64,000 nt of DNA from Myxococcota bacterium. GTDB taxonomy: Bacteria > Myxococcota_A > UBA9160 > SZUA-336. The stretch is from contig DATJZP010000061.1 of NCBI GenBank assembly GCA_035498875.1, positions 71,321-135,320 on the forward strand. Reading direction: 5' to 3'. Position numbers and translations under genes: made by a program. A model generated the notes under the pieces. It worked only from the letters and a program-made list of their open reading frames with translations. It had not been told where the DNA came from and ran no database searches. This document shows, one piece after another, positions 1 through 10,840 of this stretch. Position 1 is the first letter of the stretch, and each line of letters starts with the position of its first letter.

Positions 1-1182
1 CGGGCGCAGCATGAACACCCCGATCGAGCCGGTGAAGGTCGCGGGCTCGGCCACGATGGCGGTCGCGGCGCTGGCCACGTAGTAGCCGCCCGAGGCCGCG
101 GCGTCGGCCATCGAGACCACGATCGGCTTCTTGTCGCGCACGCGCTTCACCGCACGCCAGATCCGGTCCGAAGCCTGCGTCCCGCCGCCGGGTGAGTTGA
201 CGCGAAACACCACGGCTTTGATCTCGTCGTCCTTGGCCGCGGCGTCGAGCGCCTGCTCGGTCTCGTCGGCGGTGAAGAGCTTCTGCACCGAGCGGCTGCG
301 CTCGTCCACGATCGTGCCGTCGCCGAACACGAGCGCGATGCGCGGGCCCTTGCGCAGGCCGAGCGAGCTCGCGTCGGTGCGTTGGTACGCGTCGGCCTCG
401 ACTTCCTTGCCACCCGGGAAGTCACCCTTCTCGAGCGCCTCCTTGCGCCCGGCGATCGCGTCGGCGAGGCCGGCGTCGACGAGCTCCTGTGGCGTGCCCG
501 GCACGGACTGGAACAGCGCGCGCACCTTCTCGCCGCTGAGTGCGCGGCCCGAGGCGATGCCGTCGACGAGCTGCGCGAACACGCCGTCGATGAGCGCGTC
601 GGCGTTCTCGCGCGCCTTCGGGCTCATCTGGCGCGCGGCGAACTGCTCGACCGCCGACTTGTACTCGCCCACGCGCGAGTACTCCACGCGCACGCCGAGC
701 TTCTCGAGCATGCCCGCCAGGTGGAGGAACTGACCCGCCACGCCGCCCAGCGGCGCGAGCGTGCCGGGGTCGACCAGCACGCGGTTCGCGGCCGAGGCGA
801 GAAACAGCTCGCGCGTGCCGTTCAGGCTGGTCTCGTCGACCAGCGCGACCACGCGTTTGCCGGAGCTGCGCAGCTTGGACAAAGCGTCGCGCAGCTCTTG
901 CAGCCGGGCGTAGCCGATGCGCAGCGCCTTGATGTGCACGAGCACGCCGTCGACGCGCGTGTCGGCGGCCACCATGTCGAGCAAGAGCAGGATCGTCGGC
1001 AGCGCCGGACCGCGCGCGGTGAGCTGGCTGATCAGATCGCGCGGCGGCGCCTCTTCGAGGTCGCCCTCGAGCTCGAGCACGAGCACCGAGTGATCGGGCA
1101 GGTGGTGGCGTGCGGACCACACCGCGAGCCCGATCATGACCACGACCGCGAGCACGACCAATGCGATCAGCGAACGGCGCAT
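1..1182 (-). CDS. sppA: signal peptide peptidase SppA (S49 family), C-terminus cut by window start
   Basis: The reverse-strand translation from the ATG at 1182 reads MRRSLIALVVLAVVVMIGLAVW... (N-terminal TM helix). Later segments SMADAAASGGYY and VFRVNSPGG are typical of S49 ClpP-fold peptidases. It is absent from the ORF track because it runs off the window. Confidence 0.8.
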   Translation of the reverse strand, partial: MRRSLIALVVLAVVVMIGLAVWSARHHLPDHSVLVLELEGDLEEAPPRDLISQLTARGPALPTILLLLDMVAADTRVDGVLVHIKALRIGYARLQELRDALSKLRSSGKRVVALVDETSLNGTRELFLASAANRVLVDPGTLAPLGGVAGQFLHLAGMLEKLGVRVEYSRVGEYKSAVEQFAARQMSPKARENADALIDGVFAQLVDGIASGRALSGEKVRALFQSVPGTPQELVDAGLADAIAGRKEALEKGDFPGGKEVEADAYQRTDASSLGLRKGPRIALVFGDGTIVDERSRSVQKLFTADETEQALDAAAKDDEIKAVVFRVNSPGGGTQASDRIWRAVKRVRDKKPIVVSMADAAASGGYYVASAATAIVAEPATFTGSIGVFMLRP

Positions 1183-1254
1183 GCGTCTCCCATCACGTCT
1201 CGCCTCACGGTCGTGTGTCAATCGCCGCACGGCGCTGCCCGATCCGTGAGCGAG

Positions 1255-2838
1255 ATGCGCGAAGTCTACATCGCTGCCGTCGGACTCACCAAGGTCGACC
1301 TGACCGGGAGTGTCTTCGGCAACGTCTTCGATCTGTTCCAGAGTGCGTATCGGCGCGCGCTCGCCGATTCCCCGGTGCGCGAGTTCGACGCCGTGCAGGT
1401 CGGGATCATGGACGCCGAGGAGTTCGAGAACCGGGCGAACATCGCCACCAAGATCGTCGATCGGCTCGGACTGGTGGGCGTGCCCGCGGTCCGCTCGGAG
1501 ACGGCCTCGTCGACCGGCGCCGCCGCCTTCCACGAGGCCTGTTACAAGATCCGCTCCGGCGCCGCTTCGAGCGTTCTGGTGGTCGCGGGTGAGCGCATGA
1601 AGACGGTCACGACTCAGGTGGCGACCGAGATCATGTCGAAGACCGTCGATCCGGTGGAGCGCCGCTTCGGCTTCACCATGCCCGCGCTGATCGCGCTCGT
1701 GACTCAGGCCTTCTTCGGCCGCCACGGCGTGCGCGGCGAGCGTGTCGCCGACGTGCTCTCGCGACTCATGTTTCGCGCGCACGCGCTCGGCGCCGACAAC
1801 CCGCTGGCCGCGTTCGCGGGCAAGCCCGAGCCGATCGCGGCCTACTTCGACCGCAGCAAGAACCTGCCGGTGGCGACGCCGCTGCGGCGCAAGGACTGCT
1901 CGCCGATCTGCGACGGCGCGGCGGCGATCATCCTGACCGACCGCCCGCAGCCGGTGCGCGTGGCGGGGCTGGGCGCGGCCACCGACACGTCGTCGCTCCT
2001 GGACCGGGTCGCACTCGACTCACTGCCGGCGACGCGGCGCGCCGCCGCCTTCGCCTGGCGCGAGGCCGGCGTGGCCGACCCGCGCGCGCTCGAGGGGCTG
2101 GTGCTCGAGTCACACGACGCCTTCAACAGTCTCCTGCCGGTGAACCTGGTCGACCTGGGCCTGTGCGACCCGGAGCAGGCGCTCGAGGCGCTGGTGGGTT
2201 CGGCGCGGGGCGGTGAGCCGCCGCTCGATCCGTATGCGCACCCCTGGAGCGGGCCGGCCGGCGCGCGGCCCACGAACCTCTCGGGCGGGCTGAAGTCGCG
2301 CGGCCACCCGGTGGGCGGCACGGGCCTGTTCCAGCTGGCCGAGGTCTATCTCCAGCTCGCGCGCCGCTTCCCGAACCCTCGCGCGCAGGCCGCGGACGCG
2401 CGCTTGGGGCTGTCTCACTCGATCGGCGGACCGGGCAACAACGTGTATGTGACCCTGCTCGAGCGCGCCGACAGCAAGCGCAAGCGCGCGGCCGACCTGC
2501 CGCGGCCCGAGCGCCGCGCGGCTCCGCGCGCGCCTCAGCTCGCGCCGCTGGCGCTGCACGGCCAGGAGGCGCTGGTCGAGGCCGCGACCACGATCCACGT
2601 CACGGCCTCGGGCGAGTCACCGATCCACGTGGCGCTGTTGTCGGTGGGCGGGCGGCGCGTATTCGCGAAGTTCGACGCTCCGGGCAGCGACGGCGAAGAG
2701 CTCGCGCAGTCGCTCCCGGGCCGGCGCGCGCGCTTCCTGGTGACCGACCAGCGCGAGCACCGCTTCGAGCTGCTCGACGGCGCGGTCAGTTTGCCGGCGG
2801 AACCAGCCGGTGCAGCGAGATCTCGCGTGCGCAGTTGA
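1255..2838 (+). CDS. thiolase-like protein (SCP-x/lipid-transfer type) with a C-terminal OB-fold/DUF35-like domain
   Basis: Real-looking protein starts at MREVYIAAVGLTKVD (ATG 1255; alternative GTG 1246). It carries thiolase-like Cys/His/Gly-rich segments. The long 382..2838 ORF upstream of 1255 is R/A-rich GC-frame noise. Confidence 0.7.
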   Translation: MREVYIAAVGLTKVDLTGSVFGNVFDLFQSAYRRALADSPVREFDAVQVGIMDAEEFENRANIATKIVDRLGLVGVPAVRSETASSTGAAAFHEACYKIRSGAASSVLVVAGERMKTVTTQVATEIMSKTVDPVERRFGFTMPALIALVTQAFFGRHGVRGERVADVLSRLMFRAHALGADNPLAAFAGKPEPIAAYFDRSKNLPVATPLRRKDCSPICDGAAAIILTDRPQPVRVAGLGAATDTSSLLDRVALDSLPATRRAAAFAWREAGVADPRALEGLVLESHDAFNSLLPVNLVDLGLCDPEQALEALVGSARGGEPPLDPYAHPWSGPAGARPTNLSGGLKSRGHPVGGTGLFQLAEVYLQLARRFPNPRAQAADARLGLSHSIGGPGNNVYVTLLERADSKRKRAADLPRPERRAAPRAPQLAPLALHGQEALVEAATTIHVTASGESPIHVALLSVGGRRVFAKFDAPGSDGEELAQSLPGRRARFLVTDQREHRFELLDGAVSLPAEPAGAARSRVRS

Positions 2839-4048
2839 GGCGCACCGGCGGGCCGGCGACGCCCAGCCCGCGATTCACGTAGAGCAGGGCGCCCGTCTCG
2901 TCGTCGCGGAACAAGCCGCGCGTCCAGCGCGAGATCAGCCGCGAGACATTGTGCTGGTGCGCCAGCGGAAGCGCGATCTGGCCGCCGTGCGTGTGACCCG
3001 CGAGCGACAGCGGGTAGCCCAGGCGCGCGGCCTCCTTGAAGTAGCTCGGGCGGTGGATCAGGAGCAGCTTGGGCAGCTCGGCCGGCACCTCGGCCGCGAG
3101 CTTCGCCAGCGCGCCGTGCGTCGCGTCGCGCTCGGACCAGCCGTGGCCCGGGTCCTCGATGCCGACGAGCGCGAGCGCCGCGCCCGCGATCTCGACCCGC
3201 GTCCACTCGTCGCGCAGCACGCGGATCTTGGTGAGTGACTCGAGCCCGCGCGCGACCTCGTCCACGCCGGTGTAGACGTCGTGGTTGCCGAGCACGCAGT
3301 ACACGCCGAGCGGCGCGTCGAGCGCCGCCAGCTCGCGACAGCCCTCCTCGATGAACGACGGATCGAAGTCGAACACGTCGCCCGTGATCACGATCAGGTC
3401 CGCCTCGAGCGCGTTCACTTTGGCGCAAAGCTCGCGCAGGAGCGGCGCGCGCAGCTGCAGGCCGATGTGCAGGTCGGAGATCTGCGCCACGCGCAGGCCC
3501 GCGAGCGCGTCCGGCAGGTTCGGGAGCGGAAGATCGACGCGATCCACCTCGACCCGCCGCTGGCCCACCAGGTAGCCCCAGAAGATCGAGCCGAAGCCGA
3601 GCGCGACGGCGCCGCCGCCACCCGCGATCAGCAGGTCGCGCGCCACGTGACCGAGCGATGCGTTCGCGAGCGCGCCGAGCCAGGCCAGCGGCCCGAACAG
3701 CAGGAACACGAGCGCCAGCAAGGGCCCCGTGACCAGCGCCGCCACGCTCGCCACCAGCCACACGCGGCCCAGGTGGTACCCGGCCAGCCCGCGCCGCGCG
3801 ACGCGCGGCAGAGTCAGGAGCGTCGCGGCGTTCGCGAGAGTGAGTCCCGCGACGGTCAGCGCGAAGCCGGCCAGCCCGAGGCTGCCCGCGCCGACCGCGC
3901 GCAACAGCCACTCGACGATCAGCGCCTCCGAAGCTGCGCCGATCACGAGCGCGCTGAAGCGCGCGTTCTTCAGCGCGAGCCGCCCACCACCCGACATCTT
4001 CCGCGCTGCCACGCCCGAGAAGGTGGCGGTTCCCGCCCCGTCGCTCAA
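2786..4048 (-). CDS. membrane-anchored metallophosphoesterase (calcineurin-like, YkuE-type)
   Basis: N-terminal hydrophobic TM segments are followed by phosphoesterase signatures: ISDLHIG, ITGDVFD, GNHD and GHTHGGQ. The start overlaps the stop of the upstream leuA-like gene by 4 bp. Confidence 0.8.
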   Translation of the reverse strand: MSDGAGTATFSGVAARKMSGGGRLALKNARFSALVIGAASEALIVEWLLRAVGAGSLGLAGFALTVAGLTLANAATLLTLPRVARRGLAGYHLGRVWLVASVAALVTGPLLALVFLLFGPLAWLGALANASLGHVARDLLIAGGGGAVALGFGSIFWGYLVGQRRVEVDRVDLPLPNLPDALAGLRVAQISDLHIGLQLRAPLLRELCAKVNALEADLIVITGDVFDFDPSFIEEGCRELAALDAPLGVYCVLGNHDVYTGVDEVARGLESLTKIRVLRDEWTRVEIAGAALALVGIEDPGHGWSERDATHGALAKLAAEVPAELPKLLLIHRPSYFKEAARLGYPLSLAGHTHGGQIALPLAHQHNVSRLISRWTRGLFRDDETGALLYVNRGLGVAGPPVRLNCAREISLHRLVPPAN

Positions 4049-5202
4049 GCGGCCGCCCCCACGCAGATCGCGATCACGTCGCGATCGCCGACTTCACCGC
4101 GCTGGTCCGCCAGGCGTTGGAAGCGCTCGAAGGCGCGCTCCAGCGCCGGTCCGTCCAGCGCGAAGCCCAGCTCGCGCGCGCGAAACGCGAAGCCGTGCCG
4201 CCCCGACAGCTTGCCCAGCACGATCTCGGTGCCCGTGGGGTGACCGATCTCGGCCGGGTCGATCGCCTCGTAGTTGGCGCGGTGCTTCAAGACGCCGTCC
4301 TGGTGGATGCCCGAAGCGTGGCGGAACGCGTTCCGGCCCACGATCGCCTTGTTCGGCGGCACGGCGACACCGGAGTGTCTCGCGACCGCCTGCGACACGC
4401 GGTAGATGCCCTTCGCGTCCACGCCGCTGCGCACGCCCAGTGACTCGCCGTGCACTCGGATCGCCATCACCACCTCCTCGAACGCGGTGTTGCCTGCGCG
4501 CTCGCCGAGCCCGTTCACCGCCAGCTCGACCTGCCGCGCGCCCGCCGCGATCGCGGCCAGCGAGTTGGCGGTGGCCATGCCCAGGTCGTCCTGGCCGTGG
4601 AAGCTCGCAGTGACTCCGGCCAGCTCGGGCACGCGGCGGAACATGTCGCGGAACAGCTCCGCCACCTGATCCGGCCGCGCCCAGCCCACCGTGTCGGGCA
4701 GGTTGATCGTCGAGGCTCCCTCGGCGATCGCAGCGCGTACGACGCGCGCCACGAACTCGGGATTCGATCGTGTGGCGTCCATGCAGCTGAACTCGACGTT
4801 CGCGGTATGACTGCGGGCGCGCGCGACCGCCGCCTGCGCCATCGCCACGACCTCGTCCGCGCCGCGCCGCAGCTGGTGCGCCAGGTGGATCTCGGAGCTC
4901 GACAGGAACACGTGCAGGCGCGGATCGCGCGCACGCGCGATCGCCGCCCAGGTCGCGTCGACCTCCGCCGGCACGGCGCGCGTGAGCGCGCAGACCGTGG
5001 CGTTCCGCACGTGGCCGGCCACCGCCGCGACCGAGGCGTGCTCGCCCGGCGACGAGCTCGGGAAGCCCGCCTCGATCACGTCGACCGACATCGCCTCGAG
5101 CAGCTCCGCGATCTCGACCTTCGCGGTACGCGAAAAGAAGACCCCGGCCGCCTGCTCGCCATCTCGCAAGGTCGTGTCGAACACGACCACCTTGTCGCTC
5201 AT
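4045..5202 (-). CDS. short-form LeuA-family synthase (2-isopropylmalate/homocitrate/citramalate synthase-like)
   Basis: MSDKVVVFDTTLRDGEQ opening with the HMGL-like TIM-barrel motif, about 385 aa with no LeuA regulatory domain. The track start at 5259 is an upstream in-frame extension. Confidence 0.8.
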   Translation of the reverse strand: MSDKVVVFDTTLRDGEQAAGVFFSRTAKVEIAELLEAMSVDVIEAGFPSSSPGEHASVAAVAGHVRNATVCALTRAVPAEVDATWAAIARARDPRLHVFLSSSEIHLAHQLRRGADEVVAMAQAAVARARSHTANVEFSCMDATRSNPEFVARVVRAAIAEGASTINLPDTVGWARPDQVAELFRDMFRRVPELAGVTASFHGQDDLGMATANSLAAIAAGARQVELAVNGLGERAGNTAFEEVVMAIRVHGESLGVRSGVDAKGIYRVSQAVARHSGVAVPPNKAIVGRNAFRHASGIHQDGVLKHRANYEAIDPAEIGHPTGTEIVLGKLSGRHGFAFRARELGFALDGPALERAFERFQRLADQRGEVGDRDVIAICVGAAA

Positions 5203-5259
5203 CGCTTTCTCCTCTGAGCCTCGCCGTCGAAGCGAAAGCCGGAGAGCAGCTCTGGGCAC

Positions 5260-5294
5260 AAAAAAACCTCTCCGGCCGGCTTCGGCGGGAGAGG
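5260..5294 (-). terminator. rho-independent terminator/attenuator hairpin (minus strand) between candidate leader ORF and leuA-like start
   Basis: Minus-strand RNA reads CCUCUCC-CGCCGAAGCCGGCCGG-AGAGG followed by UUUUUUU. That gives a 7-bp outer stem plus 4-bp inner stem with an AAGC loop, then a U7 tract. It lies 58 nt upstream of the leuA-like ATG. Confidence 0.6.
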
Positions 5295-5318
5295 CCCGAT
5301 TTGGCTTGGCCCGGCGCT

Positions 5319-5402
5319 CTAGTCCGAGAGCGCAGGGTGGACCCCACCCGCCCCGGTAAGGAGGAGCGCCAGAGCGCGCTGGGTGTGGGTCCGATTCGTC
5401 AT
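5319..5402 (-). CDS. candidate Leu-rich leader peptide (27 aa) MTNRTHTQRALALLLTGAGGVHPALSD
   Basis: The small ORF starts 18 nt after the GNAT stop and ends 25 nt before the terminator hairpin. It contains LALLL encoded by CTG GCG CTC CTC CTT, which are rare Leu codons for this GC3-biased genome. A weak AAGG Shine-Dalgarno sits upstream. Confidence 0.35.
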   Translation of the reverse strand: MTNRTHTQRALALLLTGAGGVHPALSD

Positions 5403-5419
5403 TGGCACAGCACCTTACG

Positions 5420-6376
5420 CTAGAAACGGTCGGACGTCCAATAAGTCGCGGGCGGGCGAACGATCAGCGCGTCGAGCAGCTGCGCGTCGCTCGTCGACCC
5501 GGGAAGCGCCGCGATCTCGGCCAGTGACCCGCGGTCGAGCACGCGCCACATCGGCGAGGGATCCGCAGCCAGGCCGATCGCGATGCCGCGGCGCTCGAGC
5601 GCGTCGGCCAGCTCGGCGTCGCGCACGAACGGCACGTACAGCGCGCGTTCGCCGCTCGCGGCCCCCGCCAAGAGCGCCGCGAGTGACTCGGCGCCGCCCG
5701 GCGCGCGCGCGTACTCGAGCGCGCGCAGCCGGCCGTTGAAGCTCGCGCAGCGGAGGTAGGCGTCGAGCGCGCTGGCGCGCTCGCACAGCAGGAAGCGCTC
5801 CGACGGCGTGCCGGCCGTGCGCAGCTGGCCGCGCCAGTAGCGCGCGTCGCGCACGGTGGGGCCGGAGAGCGGTGCGACGAAGGCGTCGTAGAGGGCGCTC
5901 ACGCGCTCGAGGTCGGCGGCGGTGAACGGGCGGACCGCCGCTGCCGGCGCGGCGTCGGGCCGCGCGCGAGACAGCCGCAGCAGCGGCGCGGGAATCTTTC
6001 GCCAGCCGAGCCGCTCGTAGAGCGGCGCGACCGGCGCCGCGAACAGGAGCGAGATCGCCATCCCGCGGGCCCGCATGCGCTCGAGCGCGCGCTCCAGCAA
6101 GTCACTCGCGAGGCCCCCGCCGCGCTGACTCGCGTGCGTCGCGACCGAGCCGATCCCGCCGAGCCGCACGGCGCGGCCCCGCAGCCGGATCGTCTTCGCG
6201 AACACCTGCACGCAGGCCACCGGCGCGTCGCCGTCCAGCGCGAGCAGGAAATCGCCGTAGGCGAACTCCGGGTCGAAGTCCATGTAGCGCTCGAACAGCT
6301 CGCGGATCCCGAACGCGTGCTCGAGCAGGTCGAGCACGGCGCCGCGGTCCGCGCGCTGCATCTCCCGGAACCGCAC
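5420..6376 (-). CDS. GNAT family N-acetyltransferase (Eis-like, GNAT plus SCP2-like C-terminal)
   Basis: GNAT core segments RGGGLASDLLERALERMRARG. Length 318 aa. Sits between the leuB-like and leuA-like genes. Confidence 0.7.
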   Translation of the reverse strand: MRFREMQRADRGAVLDLLEHAFGIRELFERYMDFDPEFAYGDFLLALDGDAPVACVQVFAKTIRLRGRAVRLGGIGSVATHASQRGGGLASDLLERALERMRARGMAISLLFAAPVAPLYERLGWRKIPAPLLRLSRARPDAAPAAAVRPFTAADLERVSALYDAFVAPLSGPTVRDARYWRGQLRTAGTPSERFLLCERASALDAYLRCASFNGRLRALEYARAPGGAESLAALLAGAASGERALYVPFVRDAELADALERRGIAIGLAADPSPMWRVLDRGSLAEIAALPGSTSDAQLLDALIVRPPATYWTSDRF

Positions 6377-6383
6377 GCGGCCT

Positions 6384-7400
6384 CTAGGGCTGCGCCTTCG
6401 CGAGTGAGTCGGCGACGACCGCGGTGAAGCCGCGCGTGTCGAGCACGCCGCCCACGTCGCGCGTGGAGCGACCCTCGGCGATCGCGCCCAGCACCGCGGC
6501 GCGCAGCGCGTTGCCCTGCTCGAGCCGGCCCACGTGGTCGAGCAAGAGCCCGAACGCGAGCAGCGCGGCAGTCGGGTTGGCGATGCCCTTGCCCGCGATG
6601 TCGGGCGCGGTGCCGCCCGCGGGGTCGAACATGGCCACGTCGATCTTGCCGTCGCGCGTGAACGAGTAGTTTCCGCTCGCGCCCGTGCCGAGGCTCCCGA
6701 CCAGCCCGCACGCCATGTCCGACAGGAAGTCGCCGTACTCGTTCAGCACCAGCACCACCTGGTAGTCGTTCGGCTTCAAGATGATCTTGGCGAGCAGCGC
6801 GTCGAACAGCTCCACGCGGTGTCTCACGTCGGGATAGCCCTTCGCCACGTCGCGCACGATCGCCTCGAAGAAGCCGTCGGTGGCGCGCTGGATCGTGTGC
6901 TTCGACGACGAAGTCACCGACAGCCCGTACTTGCGCGCGAAGTCGAAGGCGAAGCGCGCGGCCTCGGTGCAGGGCCGGCGCTCCACGATGCGCAGCGAGA
7001 CCGCGACGTCCTCGCCGATGCGCTGGCCCGGGTCGTCGTAAGTGCCGCCGGTGGCCACGCGCACGATGTCGAGCGCGACGTTCTGCTTGAAGTTCGACGA
7101 GATGCCCAGGATCGAGAGCACCGGCCGGTGAATCACCGAGAAGTCGAGCCGCTGGCGCAGCACCGCGTTGGGACTCTCCGCGGCAGTCACGGTCGGGTAC
7201 TTCAGCCCGAGCTTGGTGTCTCGCAGAGAGGCCTCGGCGCGGTCGTAGGTGTCGGCGTGCTGCTTGCGACCTTCGAGCGACAGGTCGATCGGGATGAACT
7301 CGACGTCGAGCCCGAGCGCGCGCGCCACGGTGTGCACGGATTCGCGGAGCTCGGGCCCGATCCCGTCGCCCAGGAGCTCGGTGATGCGCAGTCGTTCCAT
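6384..7400 (-). CDS. isocitrate/3-isopropylmalate dehydrogenase family protein (LeuB-like/homoisocitrate DH-like)
   Basis: MERLRITELLGDGIGPE opening and NEYGDFLSDMACGLVGSLG, matching the beta-decarboxylating dehydrogenase signature. Length 338 aa. Confidence 0.8.
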   Translation of the reverse strand: MERLRITELLGDGIGPELRESVHTVARALGLDVEFIPIDLSLEGRKQHADTYDRAEASLRDTKLGLKYPTVTAAESPNAVLRQRLDFSVIHRPVLSILGISSNFKQNVALDIVRVATGGTYDDPGQRIGEDVAVSLRIVERRPCTEAARFAFDFARKYGLSVTSSSKHTIQRATDGFFEAIVRDVAKGYPDVRHRVELFDALLAKIILKPNDYQVVLVLNEYGDFLSDMACGLVGSLGTGASGNYSFTRDGKIDVAMFDPAGGTAPDIAGKGIANPTAALLAFGLLLDHVGRLEQGNALRAAVLGAIAEGRSTRDVGGVLDTRGFTAVVADSLAKAQP

Positions 7401-7435
7401 GAACCGACTATCGGCCTGCTAGACTCGATTGCGCA

Positions 7436-7753
7436 ATGTCCGAGCTGCGAAGTCTCTACCAACAGGCGTTCGATCTGATGGCGGCGGGGAAATATCCCGA
7501 GGCCGTCGGCGCCTACCAGAAGGTGCTGGCCGCCGACCGCAGCTTCGGGCTCGCCTATCAGGGCCTGGCCGAGGTCTACAGCCGCATGAACCGGCTCGAC
7601 GACGCCGTCGCGACGATCAAGAAGGCGATCGAGTGCGACCCCGACGAAGGGCTCTTCCACACGAGTCTCTCGCGTTTTCTCCAGCGGCAGGGGAAGATTC
7701 CCGAAGCGGAGGAGGCGGCGGCCGTCGCGGCTCGCAAGAGCGGGCGCCACTAG
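7436..7753 (+). CDS. TPR-repeat protein
   Basis: Three TPR-like repeats ([12 protein letters not shown]..., [31 protein letters not shown], ...). Length 105 aa. Confidence 0.6.
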   Translation: MSELRSLYQQAFDLMAAGKYPEAVGAYQKVLAADRSFGLAYQGLAEVYSRMNRLDDAVATIKKAIECDPDEGLFHTSLSRFLQRQGKIPEAEEAAAVAARKSGRH

Positions 7754-7782
7754 CGGACGTCTCCGCCGCGGGGGATGCGGCG

Positions 7783-8672
7783 GTGAAGTCACTCGCGCTG
7801 GCGGCGCTCGTGGGCGTCATTCACGTCCACCACGCGCCGTCTCACGACAGCTCGGCTCCGTTCGAGGCCGTGCTCGCGGCGGCGGACCAGGCCGGCCTCG
7901 ACTTCGTGGTGCTGACCGATCACGCCGACGTGGCCGTGCCGTCCCCGCTGCCGGGAGTCGAGCACGCGGGCGTGCGCGTCGCGCCGAGCGGCCGGCCGAT
8001 CCTGGTCCTGGTGGGCGCCGAGCTCGCGACCGAGGACGGGCACCTGCTGGCGCTCCAGGTCGATCACGCCGTGCCCGCGCTCGGGCGTCCCGGCCGGGAC
8101 GTGATCGCCGAGATCCACGCCCAGGGCGGCTTCGCGGTCGTTCCGCACCCGTTCAGTCACGGTGGCTGGCGCGACTGGGGCGCCGACTTCGACGGCCTCG
8201 AGGTGCAGAACAGCGCCTCGGACTTCACGCGCCTGTACGGGCCGCTCCTGCCGCTGCGGCTGTTGCGGTTCGCGCTCGCGCCCGACGCCGAGCTCGCCGA
8301 GCTGTGGCGCCGTCCGGAGCAGGAGCTCGCGCAGTGGGACGCGCTGCTCGCGGCGGGCCGGCGCGTGCCGGGCTTCGCCGGCGTCGATGCACACCAGAAT
8401 GTGTCGCTCGGCGGTTGGCAGCTCGATCCCTACGCGCAGATGTTCCGCGGCGCGCGCATGGTCTGCCCGCAGGCCCGGCTCGAGCCCGCCCTGGTCTGGC
8501 GGCTGTTGCGCAGCGGCGCGTGCGTGATCCGCTTCGCCTTCTACGAGCCGCGTGCGGGCGAGGCGGTGGCGGTGACCAAGCCCTCGGGCCGGGTCGAGCT
8601 GCAGCTCGACGGCGGCGCGCGCGTGCTCGAGCTGCGCAATCCGAGCTTCGCGCCGCCGCTATACTCCGATCC

Positions 8673-8676
<4 letters not shown>
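7783..8676 (+). CDS. PHP (polymerase/histidinol-phosphatase) domain metal-dependent phosphoesterase
   Basis: [10 protein letters not shown] is an HxH motif and LTDHAD follows. In-frame GTG start at 7783. The ORF track start at 7429 is an out-of-frame readthrough of the TPR gene. Confidence 0.65.
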
Positions 8677-9679
<1,003 letters not shown>

Positions 9680-9683
<4 letters not shown>

Positions 9684-10099
9684 GCGCGCGCGGCCTGCGC
9701 TTCGAGTGCACCGGCTGCGGCGGCTGCTGCACCGCGCGCGGCGAGTACGCGCACGTGTACCTGAACCCGGACGAAGCCGAGGCGCTGGCCCAGGAGCTCG
9801 AGCTCCCGCTGCGCGAGTTCCGGCGCCGTTACACGTTCAAGGACGAATACGGCTACACCCAGCTCCGCTTCGACGACGCGACCTGCGTCTTTCTCGAGCG
9901 CGGCACCCGCCGCTGCACCGTCTACGGCGCGCGCCCGACCCAGTGCCGCACCTTCCCGTTCTGGCGCGACCTGGTGGCCGACGGACGCTGGACCGACGAG
10001 GCGCGCGCGCTGTGCGAGGGCATCGGCCGCGGGCCGCTCCACCGCATGAACGACGTCGAGGCTCGCATGCTCGAGATGGAGCTCGCGGACGAGGGCTAG
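9680..10099 (+). CDS. YkgJ/UPF0153 family Fe-S/zinc cluster protein
   Basis: CTGCGGCC plus downstream Cys ([26 protein letters not shown]) match the CxxCxxCC family. GTGA overlap with the ltaE stop. Confidence 0.6.
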
Positions 10100-10123
10100 C
10101 CGCCGGGCTATCCTAGAGGCGCG

Positions 10124-10795
10124 ATGTCCCGCACGACCGACCCGCGTGGCGCCGGCTCCTGGGGCGCGGTCGCGCAGCATTTGCGCGAGACGGCGCGCCT
10201 GCGCGCCGAGCTGCCACCCGAGCGCGTCGCGCTCCAGCACCAGGTCGTGCAGCTGGCCGGGCGCCTCTCGGGCGCGCGCGCGCTCGACGTCGGCTGCGGC
10301 ACCGGCGCGCTGGCGCGCCAGCTCGCCGCGGCGGGGGCGCAGGTGGTGGCGATCGACGTCTCGCCCGCGGCCATCCACGCCGCCGACCACGAGGCCAAGG
10401 AGTCGGGTGAGACGCCGCTGCCGCAGTTCCAGGTGGCCGACCTGCTCGCGCCGGCCTCGCTGCCGCGCGGCCCGTTCGAGCTCGTGACCTGCATGCTGGC
10501 GCTGCACGACAGCCCCGATCCCGAGCGCGCGCTGCGCGCGATCGCGAAGTCACTCCACCCGCTCGGGCGCCTGGTGCTGGCGCTCGAGCACCCGTGGGGC
10601 GTGCGCGCTCCCGCGGCCGGGCCACTGGCGAGCCTGCCCGAGCTGCTCGGCGCGCTGCGCGCCGCGGGCCTGCGTCTCATCGATGCCGCCGAGCCCGAGC
10701 CTGCGGGCTCGCCCAAGGGCGAGCGCCCGCACTACCTGGTGATCGCCGCCGAGCGCACGCGCAAGCGACCGCGGAACCGCGGCACCAGTCACTGA
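10124..10795 (+). CDS. class I SAM-dependent methyltransferase
   Basis: LDVGCGTGALARQLA is SAM-binding motif I. Length 223 aa. Confidence 0.75.
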   Translation: MSRTTDPRGAGSWGAVAQHLRETARLRAELPPERVALQHQVVQLAGRLSGARALDVGCGTGALARQLAAAGAQVVAIDVSPAAIHAADHEAKESGETPLPQFQVADLLAPASLPRGPFELVTCMLALHDSPDPERALRAIAKSLHPLGRLVLALEHPWGVRAPAAGPLASLPELLGALRAAGLRLIDAAEPEPAGSPKGERPHYLVIAAERTRKRPRNRGTSH

Positions 10796-10840
10796 AATCC
10801 GGCCGCCGCTGGTACACTCTCCCGAGCGGAGGTACCCAAG

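Noticed and set aside
382-1254. N-terminal 290 aa of the 818-aa track ORF upstream of the thiolase-like gene
   Set aside because: This portion is antisense to sppA and is R/A-rich. The credible protein begins at MREVYIAAVGLT (1255).
2535-3911. 458-aa minus-strand ORF overlapping the metallophosphoesterase in another frame
   Set aside because: Extreme Arg/Ala/Gly content. The alternative frame 2786-4048 has clear phosphoesterase motifs.
5383-5786. ORFs 5383-5739 (+) and 5415-5786 (-) across the GNAT gene region
   Set aside because: Poly-Arg/Ala translations. They overlap the motif-bearing GNAT ORF on another frame.
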